Origin: Flectonema sp. DT1601
Taxonomy: Eukaryota
Assembly: GCA_964019425.1 (NCBI GenBank)
Contig: OZ025788.1
Coordinates: 1,488,001-1,552,000 of the forward strand
Reading direction: 5' to 3'
DNA: 64,000 nt
Numbering within the stretch: position 1 is the first letter of the stretch; every line of letters begins with the position of its first letter. The notes beneath the pieces are model-generated. The model made no database searches. It was not told where the DNA came from and was given only the letters and a program-made list of their open reading frames with translations. A program made the translations under genes and the position numbers. Below are positions 35,863 through 48,400 of this stretch, one piece after another.

Positions 35863-38800
35863 GGCAACCGTCGTCACTTCTCTGCTGCTGCTCATCTAAG
35901 AGTTGTATCTGCTGACCGATATACTTGCGGAAGCTTTCCGGATCCGAAGTGATGGAAGCAGTATCCACAAACCACGCGGAATCACCGAGCGCAGTGCAGA
36001 TGGCGGAATGCAGACAATCACAGTCAGCCTTGGTGTTTCCGAGGGCCAAGCCGAAGAGGCTTTGCAGCACATGGTCGTAGACATGCATCGGATACGACCG
36101 CTCGCTGTCGAGGCGCACTCCAGGAGCGAGGTATATCTCAGGGCTGAGCCACTTCGGCAGGCTAAGCCCCGCTGTCTGGTCGGGTTCGAAGGTGTCGGGT
36201 ATTCTGGTCCACTCTTCAACTTGCTGTGAAACGCCGACGAACTGCTGCTCTTTGATGTTTTGTTGCTCTTCCACGACAGCGTCCGGGTCTTGCGGTGCGT
36301 CCGTCCACTCGTGGTACTCTTCGACCCCAGCTGGCCTTGCAACGTTGCCCCTCGCTGCCTTCGAAGCTTCTTCAGCGACTCTGCGGATCTCCGCTCGGGA
36401 TCGCGGACTGAGGGGATGGCCGCGGATTGCCTGCTCGACGCTGCTAATGACGTTCAGCTGGACGGGATTCCTGAACGACTCCCTCTTAGCCGGCTGCGTT
36501 GCGACGCGAATATCAGCAGCGTGTCGGACGCGCGTAAATGCCACGTAGGCTTGTCCGTGTGCGAAGAACTCCGATTTCGTCAAGTCAAGCCCAAGACGAT
36601 CAACGGTTTGCCCCTGGAGCTTATTCACTGTGAGGGCAAACGCATTACGCACGGGAAACTGAACACGCTCCATCTCGAAGGGGACTTTTCCTGGTTCCGG
36701 TGTCAGCTTGATCCTAGGGATCAGCACGAACTCCCTTGTCCTGCGGTCCTGGCAATAGAGTACTTTCCGGTGACAGCGGATGACCACCAGCCTCGACCCG
36801 TTGCAGATGCGTGCACCGCTTCCGGAGTAAATGTTCCGAGTGCAGATGATCGGAGAGTTCACCTTGAGCAGCAGCTTTTGGGGAGGCAGCCCTGCGGTGA
36901 CTTGCGACATGTAGTCCTCGGTGGCCAAGTCAGGCGAGGCAGTCTCGGTGCAGCGATTGGCGGCGATGAATTCGAACACCCTGCCTGGGAAGGTATTGAG
37001 GCAAGCAGCGTTTAGCTCGTCGACGTCGCTGTTGAGTAGGGAGGCAATTGCAACGTTCTCGTCGATGATGCCTTCGTCCAGCTGGGGATACACGAAATTG
37101 ATGAGGTCTTGCCGTACGTAGATGCGTTCTCCGGAGTTGCCAATCCTGCCGTACAATCGTGTCCAGCCGTTGATGTCACAATTAACACCCTTCCCGAGGC
37201 CCTGAGTCCACTTCAAGTAACCCTCATCCTGAATCCGCATGCTCTTTGTCAACTCCACCGCCTGAAACCCGTCACCACCCCAGAGATACGATGTATGAAG
37301 CGAAGCATTTAAAGCAGGCATGTCGCCATCTGCCCTCACAATCGGAAGTGTCTGCTGTAAGTCGGCGATGATAATCATGGGGCACCCTCCGAACCGCTTG
37401 TTCCACTTGTGTGAACGGATGCGACGCATGGTCCTGTCGAGCAACTCAAAATGGCGGCGGTCCGTCATTCCTGCTTCGTCCCATAAGATGCAACTGCACT
37501 CCTGCAGCGCCCTCCACTGCTTGCCGTATTCTGTGATGTTGAGCACCTGCAGTTGTTGGTTGTCGTTCAGGACGATGGGGAGTCGGAAGCGCGAGTGAGC
37601 GGTTGTTCCAAGCTCGAGCAAGGTAGCGGCAATTCCCGTCGAAGCAACCGCAATCACACTCCGTGGTACACAGATTCCCTGTTCTCCGCGGGTACTCCTC
37701 GCCCAATTCAGGAAGCAGTTGGCAAGAAATGTTTTACCGGTTCCAGCTGGGGCCTGCACAAAGATGGTGTCACCTGCGCCGCCTCCCTCTGCCTTGCGAA
37801 CCGCGTTCTGCAGCATCTCCAACGCCGCAGATTGGTCGCGGTTGCTGCTTCGGATGAGTACCGCACTCTTTTCGTAGGCAGAGTAGTATTCCTCGGCCTT
37901 CCTCCTAGCAAGCATGACCCCCATTGGGATGGACACTCCTCCGGTCGGCAGCGGCAGCGGAAGCTCTTCGTCGAGATTAACCATCGGCAACCCATCCTCG
38001 TTGCTGAGTAGCTGGTGGATGTCGAGAATGCACTCGCGCTCGCGCTCGGGTGGGATGAATCCAACACCGTGAACCTCCTCTTGCAGCTGCCGCTCCTGCG
38101 CGCTGAGACGCTCGTCGTAGCACATCTTGCCTCTGAATCGCTCCCAAGCGCCCTTGATGCAGTTGAGCATCCCGCAGCTGATCAGAACGGCGAAAAGGTA
38201 CCGAACATACATCGAGGAGTAGCACTTCGCTGCTTCGAGCGCCGACTCCGCCTCCTTGTCGTCGAGAAAGAGCCCAAGTGCTGTCGCAGCAGCCAGCATC
38301 GTGTCGTGAACCACGCCGTCGACCGTCATGGCATCATCGAAGCTCTTCAGGCCTGGGCGCGCGTTGAGGATCAGCCGCAGGCAATACGCTTCGGTGTCAC
38401 GGGGTGATACCCAAAAAATCCTGCCTATTTGAACGTCGGTCCAGCGCCTACCTGTTGTGTCCTTGCGCCGGAAGCGAGATTCTTCGCGCGAATACTCATA
38501 TCCTTGGCGCAGCTTCCACTCACCCTTGACGTAGCTAAAATAGGTGGGGAAGTCGCGGTACAACAGGGTGCGACAACCGTCGGATTGGTTCTTGTCGTTG
38601 AAATTGAACCAAGCCAGCAGTGTGGTGCTTTTGGACGCGACCTTCTCGGCCAACTCATCCACGGTGTCGTCGCTGTTGAAGAAGATGGTCTCCTTCCCCT
38701 TGACGTGGATGTCAAGCCGTTTGACAGCTGGGACGTTGGAGTGTTGAGGCATGCTCAGAAGGCGGCCCGCAGCCTCGCAAGAACCCATGACCCTTGCATT

Positions 38801-41800
38801 CTGGTACTGGGTCACTTCGTCTTGCACTTCCCTCGCACCTTCCTGCTTCAAGACAAAGCTCAGTCCAGGCTCTGCCTTCGTAATGTACTTGAATAAGTAC
38901 CCGACGCAGTCGCCCATGCCGTTGGTTAACTCGACGTTGATGTGAGTTTGGTACCTCATCATCAAGCCGGCGTTGTAGGGAACCACCCATTCGTTCCCCT
39001 GTCCTCTGTGAGTGGTGACGCCTGTCCGACGTCGGCGAATGGTCGAGAACCCGGACACACCTATGTGCGATATGTCCGTGAATGGTTTCGGGAAGTTGTT
39101 CTTGCAGTAGAGTTTCCCATCCTTCCCTTGCTTGTGGCACGGGCAGATCACGCCCTGGCGAGAGCAGTCGTTGTGCACCATCTTCGAAGCAATGAGGCTG
39201 TAGAGGGCTGGCTGCCTTACCGGGTCGGGTAGTTCGGCATGGACCACCGAGTCGATGTCCTCAGCTGCTGCTGGTGGATGCTTGTTCCAGGCGAGGAGGT
39301 GCATGTGCGGAAGTCCCCGCTGCTGATACTCGTAAACCCAGACAATGGCGTTGTTCTTGCCGAGAACCCCGCTTCGGATGTCTTCGCGCAGAGCACGTGC
39401 CTTGCCGTCCCAGACACGCATGATGAGCTCCGGTCGGTCGTTGGGTCTCTGGTTCAAAGCCTCCCCGCCTTCTCGCAAGATCTGCTGGATCTCCGGCCAC
39501 TGGGTGTTGCATGTCATGGTGACGAAGAAGGTTGGTTTGCCGTATTTCGCCATGATCGCAAGCGCGTCTTCCCGCAGCTCTCTCTTCCCGCGGGGTCCGC
39601 CTTTGAACGAAACCGGAAGAATGATGCGTCGGTTTTCGATTGCGGTGGCTGCCTCATTCTGCTGCACCGCCTGCCTGACGTCGCTGGCCGCCGCCTTCCT
39701 GCTGTGCCGAGCTCCAAAGGGTGATCGATACCAGTTGAGACGCAGATGCTCTGCACGTGCCGCCATGTCCAGTATGTACACCTGGGTCAACTTGCCAAGG
39801 CGCAGGAGCATGTTCTTTCCAGTCCTGAGAGGCCGTTCAAACATGTGAAATCCACCGTACTCCGTGGCACTCACGAAGGAGCGCCTGCTGTTATCAGTGT
39901 TTTCGGCAGCATAATCGCCATTGTAATCTACCTCACGGCCAGCGTCGCTGTTGTTGTTTCGGGGACGAAATCTCCTGTACTTGCCTAAACCCCAACCGCA
40001 GTGGAAGACACGCACTGCATCTTCCTGACCACCACCGCTGGCCTTCCACTCCCAAGACGGGGTGGGAAAGATCACGGGGTAACTCAGAATCTCGTACAAC
40101 GGATCTTTCTCATCAATGAACAGCTTCCGACTTCGTGGGGCGGGTACCGATGCCGAATCTCCAAAAAACAACGTGATCTTCCGATTGTCCCTCTTGATGG
40201 AGTCGTGGTCCAGGTCGAGGACGATCCTGATCTCGTCGAAGAACTCCTTCGAGGTGTGATCTTCTGCACGGGACGGCTGGTGGCGCTCAAGGTTTATGCT
40301 GATGGCTATATCTGTCGTTCTACGGTCCCCGTCCTGTTCCTTCGCCAGCGCTTTCTCAGCAGCATCGAGGCACTCTAGGAAGGGGTGCTGCCTGTTGCTG
40401 CTCCCTTTTCTGATGATGACTGCAAGGCGTTTTGCGAAGCCGTGCTCCGTCCCTAACTTGCGGATTTGCGAGTTTGCGTTGTCGAGGTCGCCAGCAATGT
40501 ACCAGCTTTGTCTCGGGTTGGTTTTGTCAATCACGGGATCGGTGATGTGATGTGTCCTGCCCTGAATGGAAACTGACTGGGGACCTGTTGGCTTGGATAG
40601 GCAGCTGCGACGCATCAGCGGAACAGCGAATGACAACCTGCTGTTGACAATGTGCGAGACGCTGCGAAACTTTGATGTCTTCAACATGTCCTCGACTTCG
40701 GGGTGGATGGAGATAAGGTCAAGCTTCGAGGCAGTCCCTGCCGCGCAACACCGTGATGAAGGCTCATAGCAATAGCGCTCAGCCCCGCACCATTCGCACA
40801 AAGTGGGGTCAAGCTGCAGTGGGTTGTACCGAAAATGTGGCAGTTCCGAAATTGGTGTGGGGGATTCGTTCACTTCATCAAGCGTGATGCAACATGACCC
40901 ATGCAACTTCCTTCTCCTTCGTCGGAATCTCCTAGGTCTCTTCCATCCTTCCTGGTCTCCCACTGCCAAGGCTGCCGTTCGTTCAACATCTATCTCCTTG
41001 TCCTGAATCTCCGATCGAACACAGCGCTCAAGGAGTCGCACCCTCTCAGGAATTAGCATCCCACAGATCTCAGCTGCTTCGCGCATTCTGAACACTTCCC
41101 TTGCACTGACAGCCATGTCGGCCTTTATCTGGGTGTTGAATCTTTCTTCCAACAGGCGACGTCCGATGGCAATCCACCAGCCAGTCAATGCACTGAACTT
41201 GGCAGCGATTCCTTGTTGCTGCCATGCACGTATTCCCTCCAGCGGGCGCACTGCTGTGGTGGTGGTGGTGGTGGTGGCTGGCGATGAAGTGTTCTTCCTT
41301 CTTGTCATCGAAGTGATGGCGACAACACCTGCAAGCAAGATGATTGTTGAAGCGGATGCTGTAGCTGAAAGACGGATGTGAGACTTGTACCGAACACCGT
41401 TGTTGCCATCGAATCGAAAGGGGTTCATGTAGCAGGCAAGTATGTGTTTACTAAGACCTCTTGGATCGAAGCTCCTTTCACAGTAACCACACTTCCTTTT
41501 ACAGGCCTTTTCATGTTCTTCCAGGGCTACCAATGTTCTGAGTGGCGATCCACAGTTCTTGCAGTGATTCTGCTGACCGAACTGGTTGCGAAGTGCAAGG
41601 GAAGCAACACATGGAGCATGCCTGCCTGCGACGGTGTCAGCCACCGCATGTTGCATCTGCTTCAAGATAGCTTCAATTTGCGAAAGGTGTGCACCTGATT
41701 TGAGGACGGTATCCACAATCACAGTAAGCCTGCCGATAAGCGCAGCACAGACATTCTTATCATTGTTGTTGTTGTTCATTCCTCCGGGCAGTTGTTGCAG

Positions 41801-42544
41801 TAAGTGCCACCATTTTCTTGCCTGCTGGAGTCGGTACAGGCATCCAACATGCTGGTGTGCCTGGAGATGCAGGAGCTTATTGTGGTATGTTGGGAGCTGT
41901 GCTGATTCCTTTGTCGCATGCAACGCCAGAATAGCAGCTGCAAGAACTGCACATGGATACCCCATACTTGTGTCGTTCTTGGTGGTGGAGGTATAGTATA
42001 AAGGTTTCCATTCTGCTGTTCGTGCGTCAGCCTGGAAGGGATTCCCTGGACAGAATGCAATATGTTTAAAAAGTCGATTTCTCCCAAAGTACAAACCACA
42101 GAAACCACAGGTTCCACTGCACTCAGAAGCGTGCTTCTTTACATATTCAGCAGGGTTGTTGTTGTTGTTGTTGATTCTTCCTGGGTCCGTGAGCTGCAGC
42201 CCACAGTTTGTGCACTTGCCTTGCACAATGGAATCTTGGTACAATAGTCCATCATCGCTGCTGTCATCACTTCCAACCTCGAAGTCCGTCAATATTTCTT
42301 CTTGGAAGTCAAACACTGTTGCAACTGCAGTGGTAGTTGGTGTTACCCTACTGCCTCGTGCAAACTTGCTGGGTGGTTTTGGCAAGCTCCTACCAAAGTC
42401 GAAGTCCATCAATCTTGCCAGTGCAGGGGTCTGTTGTACACTTTGGACCCTGCTGCCTCGTGTAAACATGCTGGGTGGCTTTGGTGCACCCCTTGGCAAG
42501 TCCATCAACATTACTACTGGCTTGTTAGCTGGTTTGTCAGGCAT
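34196..42544 (-). CDS. Helitron RepHel protein (~2780 aa): Zn-finger-like motifs, HUH/Y2 Rep, PIF1-family helicase, two OTU-like domains, basic coiled-coil tail
   Basis: Rep motifs FVTMTCNTQWPEI, EYQQRGLPHMHLL, YLFKYITK. Helicase motifs APAGTGKT, ASTGIAA, WDEAGM, DLQQTLP, QFPVRNAFALTVNKLQGQT, HGQAYVAFTRV. OTU-like motifs ADCDCLHSAI..WLT..HY and SDGNCLLYAI..WLT..HY. First ATG at 42544 follows a T-tract+CAG acceptor. Confidence 0.95.
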
Positions 42545-43373
42545 TTTACTTATTATCACTGAAAAAAACAGGTTAATAAAACATTTTTGAATATCAACTT
42601 AATGTACAATGTAATAATAAAGTGTGCTACTGACTGATGTTCTGTCCTGTGCCAAAAAAAAAAAAAAAAATGAAATTGAAAAAATGGAATTCAAAGATTT
42701 TTCTTTTACTTTTATTGGTTAGATGTGACAAAGTGGAAATAACTGCAACAAAACTTAACTATAACAAAAAGACAGCTTGGCACCTAAAATTTTCTCCACT
42801 CAGGAATTTATGAAGAGGTCAAGAGATAACTATAAAAAATGTGTTCCCATCTTTTTTAGGAGATCTGTAGCAAAAACCTATAGCAAAAAAAATTGAAAAA
42901 ATAAAATTTTTCAGAAAATATTATGAAGAATTTTTTTTTTACCAAATTGGCAACCTTACACCTAAATTTCAAAACCATACCAAAAAAAAATTTTCATCAC
43001 ATTTTATACTTTAAGAAAATGGTTACCCATCTTTTCTAGACCTGCTTGGGCACAAAAATCCAGCATTTTTCCTTAGGCAAAATTTTTTCTTTGTGTTCAA
43101 AAAAAAAAAAAATGAAATTGCTGTAACAAAGGCAAATAACTGCAAAAGTGAAAGAATTAGAGTGAAAAAAAGATCTGTAGCAAAAAAATTGAAAAAATAA
43201 ATTTTTCAGAAAATATTATAAAGGAAAATTTTTTTCTGAAGAATTTTTTTTTTACCAAATTGGCAACCATACACCCACAATTTCAAAACCATACCACTTA
43301 CTAACAAAATTTGTACTCTTTTCCTTGCTGTTTTCTTCTTACTAATTTTCCTGGTTGAAAAACACAAAAAATA

Positions 43374-43455
43374 TGCCGTAACAGGGAATTGAACCCGTGC
43401 CACGGCTACCGAATAGACTTAAGGTCGGTGACCATATCCACTCGGCTATGCAGGC
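43374..43455 (-). ncRNA. tRNA-like (pseudo-tRNA / Pol III A-box + B-box) element inside the Helitron
   Basis: 82 nt; A box TAGCCGAGTGG, B box GGTTCAATTCC, D stem GCC/GGT, ACCGA/TCGGT stem with an oversized loop, mismatched acceptor stem, followed by T6. Confidence 0.6.
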
Positions 43456-44075
43456 CCTGGGATGTTCCATTTTTTATTCCATTTCTTATTTATTTAGTCA
43501 CATCCCCCCCCTGTCTTTCCACTTTATTTTTCTTCATTCTGAGCATTTTATAAACCATTCACAACAGGTTTATCGAACTTGTATCTGCAATGTGTGCGAC
43601 CCTGGGATGGAAATATAGGAATTTGGTTATATTAATAAGGGAATGACCATCTTCATCCATTTTGTATTGTTAAACTAATTAAGACAAAATTAAGAATTGA
43701 ACTGAGGTTATCGTTCATTACATTATTTTCAATAAAATAGAAATGTGAGAAGAACTACGGGATGGGGAATTTGGCGGAACGCAAGCCCCCCCCCCCCTCT
43801 GCCGTATTACATTATACCCTGGTTTTGGTTTCCCAGGGCTCACGATTAATTCAAAATTGAATAACTCGATTCCGTACTGCACTGAATGACAACACGGAAA
43901 AAGAGATGTGTATGCAGCTAAGTTAGAAACATTTATTATAATGTAAAGTATTTACGTCAATCGCAGAGTGTATACCTGCACTAACATTACCTTTAGTCAC
44001 TGTATCTCAGAACTAATGTTAAATTATCGTCTATGATACAAAACATTTGTATTTTACGTACAAACTCGAACAGTT

Positions 44076-44370
44076 AACCCCCCCCCAACCCCCCCAAGGG
44101 GGGGGAGCCACTAATAAAAGCCAACCTCTCCCGTACAAAGCCTGCCTGTCCCGTACAAAGTCCAACCTGAAAAACAAATTTGCTACTAATGGATGATTAA
44201 GCTGGGAAGAGTGCAAGCCCCCCCCCCAACCCCCCCCAAGGGGGGGGAGCCACTAATAAAAGCCAACCTCCCCTGTACAAAGTCTGCCTGTCCCGTACAA
44301 AGTCCAAGTTGAAAAACAAATTTGCTACTAATGGATGATTAAGCTGGGAAGAGTGCAAGCCCCCCCCCAA
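44076..44370. repeat. Tandem ~140-bp duplication containing C7-AA-G7/8 palindromes in the Helitron 5' region
   Basis: CCCCCCCAAGGGGGGGAGCCACTAATAAAAGCCAACCTC...GCTGGGAAGAGTGCAAGCCC occurs twice. Confidence 0.85.
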
Positions 44371-45323
44371 GTTTACTATTTGTGTAGGAAAGACCCCTTT
44401 ACCCAAAAAAAAATGAAATCAAAGATTGCTTTTTCAGAATAGCGAGATGTAACAGAGTGGCAAATAACTGCAAAAGTGAAAGAATTTATTTATTAAAACC
44501 CAAATTGTCTAAACTGTAACAAAAAGACAGCTTGGCACCTAAAATTTATTAAAAAGGAAAAAATTATTTCAAAAAAAAAAATTTTGCTAAATTGGCAACC
44601 ATACACCTAAATTTCAAAACCATACCAAAAAAAATTTTTCATCACATTTTATACTTTAAGAAAATGGTTACCCATCTTTTCTAGACCTGCCCGGGCGCAA
44701 AAATCCAGCATTTTTCCTTAGGCAAAATTTTTTCTTACATTTCTTACTTACTTCCTACTGAAGAAAATTGGCAGCTTAAATTTGCCCAGAAGTGCTACAT
44801 AAGCATTGGTAGTGGAAAGGTGGCAAATAACTGCAAAAATGAATGGGATTATTTATTACAACCCAAATTGTCTAAACCACAACAAAAAGACAGCTTGGCA
44901 CCAACTAAAATCTTCCTTCCACCTAGAATTTGTGAAGGCTTTTCAAGACCGATAGGTTGAGAGATAACCATAAAAAAGGTGTACCCATGTTTTTTTGGAG
45001 GTGAGTGGCGCAAAAAGCAGTAAAAAATAAAAAAAAAAAATTTCATGACAAAGGCAAAAGCAGCAATTTTCTTTCCACAAACGCATCAGACTGTCATTTG
45101 GTGGCGCCAACTTGCTACAGGTAAAACTCCACTTTTCTTTCCGCAATGTGCAACACCAGCCAACACTTACATAGCATTTAGAACCAGACCTTCTTGCGGG
45201 AAGGCACAGAAGCCTCATTCCCAGTGTGTAATTAGGTGAGGCCTGGCCTGGGTACCTGGCCCAGGACTTGGTGGATTTCCTCAGAACCCAAAATATCCCC
45301 GATGCTGACAACTATATAGGAGA

Positions 45324-45427
45324 AACCCGCAAACCCGCAAACCCGCAAACCCGCAAACCCGCAAACCCGCAAACCCGCAAACCCGCAAACCCGCAAACCC
45401 GCAAACCCGCAAACCCGCAAACCCGCA
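45324..45427. repeat. (CCCGCAAA)n spacer, 13 units, between the two Helitrons
   Basis: 104 bp of perfect repeat. Confidence 0.98.
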
Positions 45428-48400
45428 CTAGAGATACCCCTTCCAGGCTCGCGTTGCTCGCACACAACTTTTTCTTTTTAAGCTTTCTGAACAAACATTA
45501 TTTTTACAACCAAGTCACGTCTGTTTTTATTCCCTGGCTAGGTACCCGTCCAGGGTACAAATTTGAACTTAACTTCACGCTCGCGTAAAGTTAAGTTTGA
45601 AAGCAACTTTTTATTATTATTACTTTTCTGCAATTTTTATTTATAAATAAGTTTTCGATAAGGTGGGAAGTAACGGACTGGGAGCTTTTGGCTCCTGCCC
45701 TATTCCTCCTGATGTAAACATTCTTTTTTTTTTTTTTTTTTCTTTTTAACAGGCCCAAAGGGCGACAATGAAAGATGCTGACCAAGGAAAAATATTCAAA
45801 TGAATTTTCGTTTCAAAGAAACGAACAGGATTAAGGGAGAGGCAGAAAAAAAAAAAAAAAATAATATGAAGAGGAAATAATCAAACATGAAAAAAAAAAA
45901 AAAAATAAAAATAAATAAATAAACGTTATATATAAGCAATTTCTTTTTTCTTTCGCAATTTTTTATTTATTTATTACTTTCCTGTCCCAACGGGACGACA
46001 AATGAAAAATGTCCTCCCTTAGCTGAAAATGCACACTGCACCCTGTTTTATCAAGTCCTTTGTTTTTGTTTTTCTGAAAGATATCTGTAGTTGTTGTTAT
46101 ATTAATATGCTAGCACGAAAACGACGGCTAGGTTTATGATGGTTGGATATGTGGCTTAGGTTATCTGTTTGTTACATTTGGAAGTATTTTACAACAGGTT
46201 TATCGAACCTGTATCTGTATCAATGTGTGCGACCCTGGGATGGGAATATAGGAATTTAGTTATATTAATAAGGTTATCGTTCATTATTCCCAATGAAATA
46301 GAAATGTGGGAAGAACTATGGGATGGCAGAACGCAGCCCCCCCCCCCAACCCCCCCCAAGGGGGGAGCCACTAATAAAGGCCAACCTCCTGAAAAAGAAT
46401 CAAGAAAAAACAAAAATGCCCTCACCCAAGGTCGAACTGGACGGTTTACAGCCATTTTGGGGTTTGTAAAGAATGGTTAGTTCGAAAGAAAGATTTTTTC
46501 TGAAGAATTTTTTTTTAACTACCTACTAAATTGGCAACCATACACTTAAATTTCAAAACCATACTAAAAAAGAAATTTCATCACATTTTATACTTTAAGA
46601 AAATGGTTACCCATCTTTTTTAGACCTGCTCGGGCACAAAAATCCAGCATTTTTCCTTAGGCAAAAATAAATCTTACTTACTTCCTACTGAAGAAAATTG
46701 GCAGCTTAAATTTGTTTGCAGGAAAAAAGTAAGCAGCTAAGATTTGCTTGTGGGAAGAAAATAAGCAGCCAAAATTTGCTTGCGGGAAGAGAATCAGCAG
46801 CCAAAATTTGCTTGCGGGAAGAAAATAAGCAGCTAAAATTTGCTTGCGGGAAGAAAATAAGCAGCCAAAATTTGCTTGCGGGAAGGGAATCAGCAGCCAA
46901 AATTTGCTTGCGGGAAGAAAATAAGCAGCCAAAATTTGCTTGCGGGAAGAAAATAAGCAGCTAAGATTTGCTTGCGGGAAGAAAATAAGCAGCTAAAATT
47001 TGCTAGCGGGAAGAAAATAAGCAGCCAAAATTTGCTTGCGGGAAGAAAATAAGCAGCTAAGATTTGCTTGCGGGAAGAAAATAAGCAGCTAAAATTTGCT
47101 TGCGGGAAGAAAATAAGCAGCTAAAATTTGCTAGCGGGAAGAAAATAAGCAGCCAAAATTTGCTTGCGGGAAGAAAATAAGCAGCTAAAATTTGCTTGCG
47201 GGAAGAAAATAAGCAGCTAAAATTTGCTTGCGGGAAGAGAATCAGCAGCCAAAATTTGCTTGCGGGAAGAAAATAAGCAGCCAAAATTTGCTTGCGGGAA
47301 GAAAATAAGCAGCCAAAAATTGCTTGCGGGAAGAGAATCAGCAGCCAAAATTTGCTTGCGGGAAGAAAATAAGCAGCCAAAATTTGCTTGCGGGAAGAAA
47401 ATAAGCAGCTAAAATTTGCTTGCGGGAAGAAAATAAGCAGCCAAAATTTGCTTGCGGGAAGAGAATCAGCAGCCAAAATTTGCTTGCAGGAAGAAAATAT
47501 GCAGCCAAAATTTGCTTGCGGGAAGAAAATAAGCAGCCAAAATTTGCTTGCGGGAAGAAAATAAGCAGCCAAAAATTGCTTGCGGGAAGAGAATCAGCAG
47601 CCAAAATTTGCTTGCGGGAAGAAAATAAGCAGCCAAAATTTGCTTGCGGGAAGAGAATCAGCAGCCAAAATTTGCTTGCAGGAAGAGAATCAGCAGCCAA
47701 AATTTGCTTGCGGGAAGAAAATAAGCAGCCAAAATTTGCTTGCGGGAAGAAAATAAGCAGCCAAAAATTGCTTGCGGGAAGAGAATCAGCAGCCAAAATT
47801 TGCTTGCGGGAAGAAAATAAGCAGCCAAAATTTGCTTGCGGGAAGAGAATCAGCAGCCAAAATTTGCTTGCAGGAAGAAAATATGCAGCCAAAATTTGCT
47901 TGCGGGAAGAAAATAAGCAGCCAAAATTTGCTTGCGGGAAGAGAATCAGCAGCCAAAATTTGCTTGCGGGAAGAAAATAAGCAGCCAAAATTTGCTTGCG
48001 GGAAGAAAATAAGCAGCCAAAATTTGCTTGCGGGAAGAGAATCAGTAGCCAAAACTTGCTTGCGGGAAGAAAATAAGCAGCTAAAATTTGCTTGCGGGAA
48101 GAAAATAAGCAGCTAAAATTTGCTTGCGGGAAGAAAATAAGCAGCTAAGATTTGCTTGCGGGAAGAGAATCAGCAGCCAAAATTTGCTTGCGGGAAGAGA
48201 ATCAGCAGCTAAAATTTGCTTGCAAGAAGAAAATTAGCAGCCAAAATTTGCTCAGGGGTGCTACATAAGCATTGGTTGCAGAAAAGTGGCAAAAATGAAA
48301 GGAATTATTTATTAAAACCCAAATTGTCTAAACCATAACAAAAAGACAGCTTGGCACCAAAACTCTAAAACCTATTCTCCTCAGGGGATTTGTGAAGCCT

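Larger units (their letters stand above)
32599..45323 (-). mobile_element. Full-length, apparently autonomous Helitron (12,725 bp)
   Basis: Minus strand starts TCTCCTATATAG at 45323 and ends TCTCTAG at 32599. Subterminal hairpin at 32618-32632, no target duplication, intact RepHel ORF. Confidence 0.93.

Noticed and set aside
34225..42590. Many antisense or alternate-frame ORFs over RepHel
   Set aside because: Expected shadows of a GC-rich coding region; no motifs
43374..43455. Functional tRNA-Leu(TAA)
   Set aside because: Acceptor stem has three mismatches, the anticodon loop is oversized and the T stem is bulged; kept only as tRNA-like
32599..45323. Classification as a Helentron because of the T|T target
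   Set aside because: No recognisable APE endonuclease domain, and the ends are TC...CTAG rather than subterminal inverted repeats; phylogeny is still needed
46678..48116. ORFs across the 32-bp minisatellite, and a possible CRISPR array
   Set aside because: Head-to-tail units with no unique spacers, no cas genes, and a eukaryotic context; the ORFs are repeat translations
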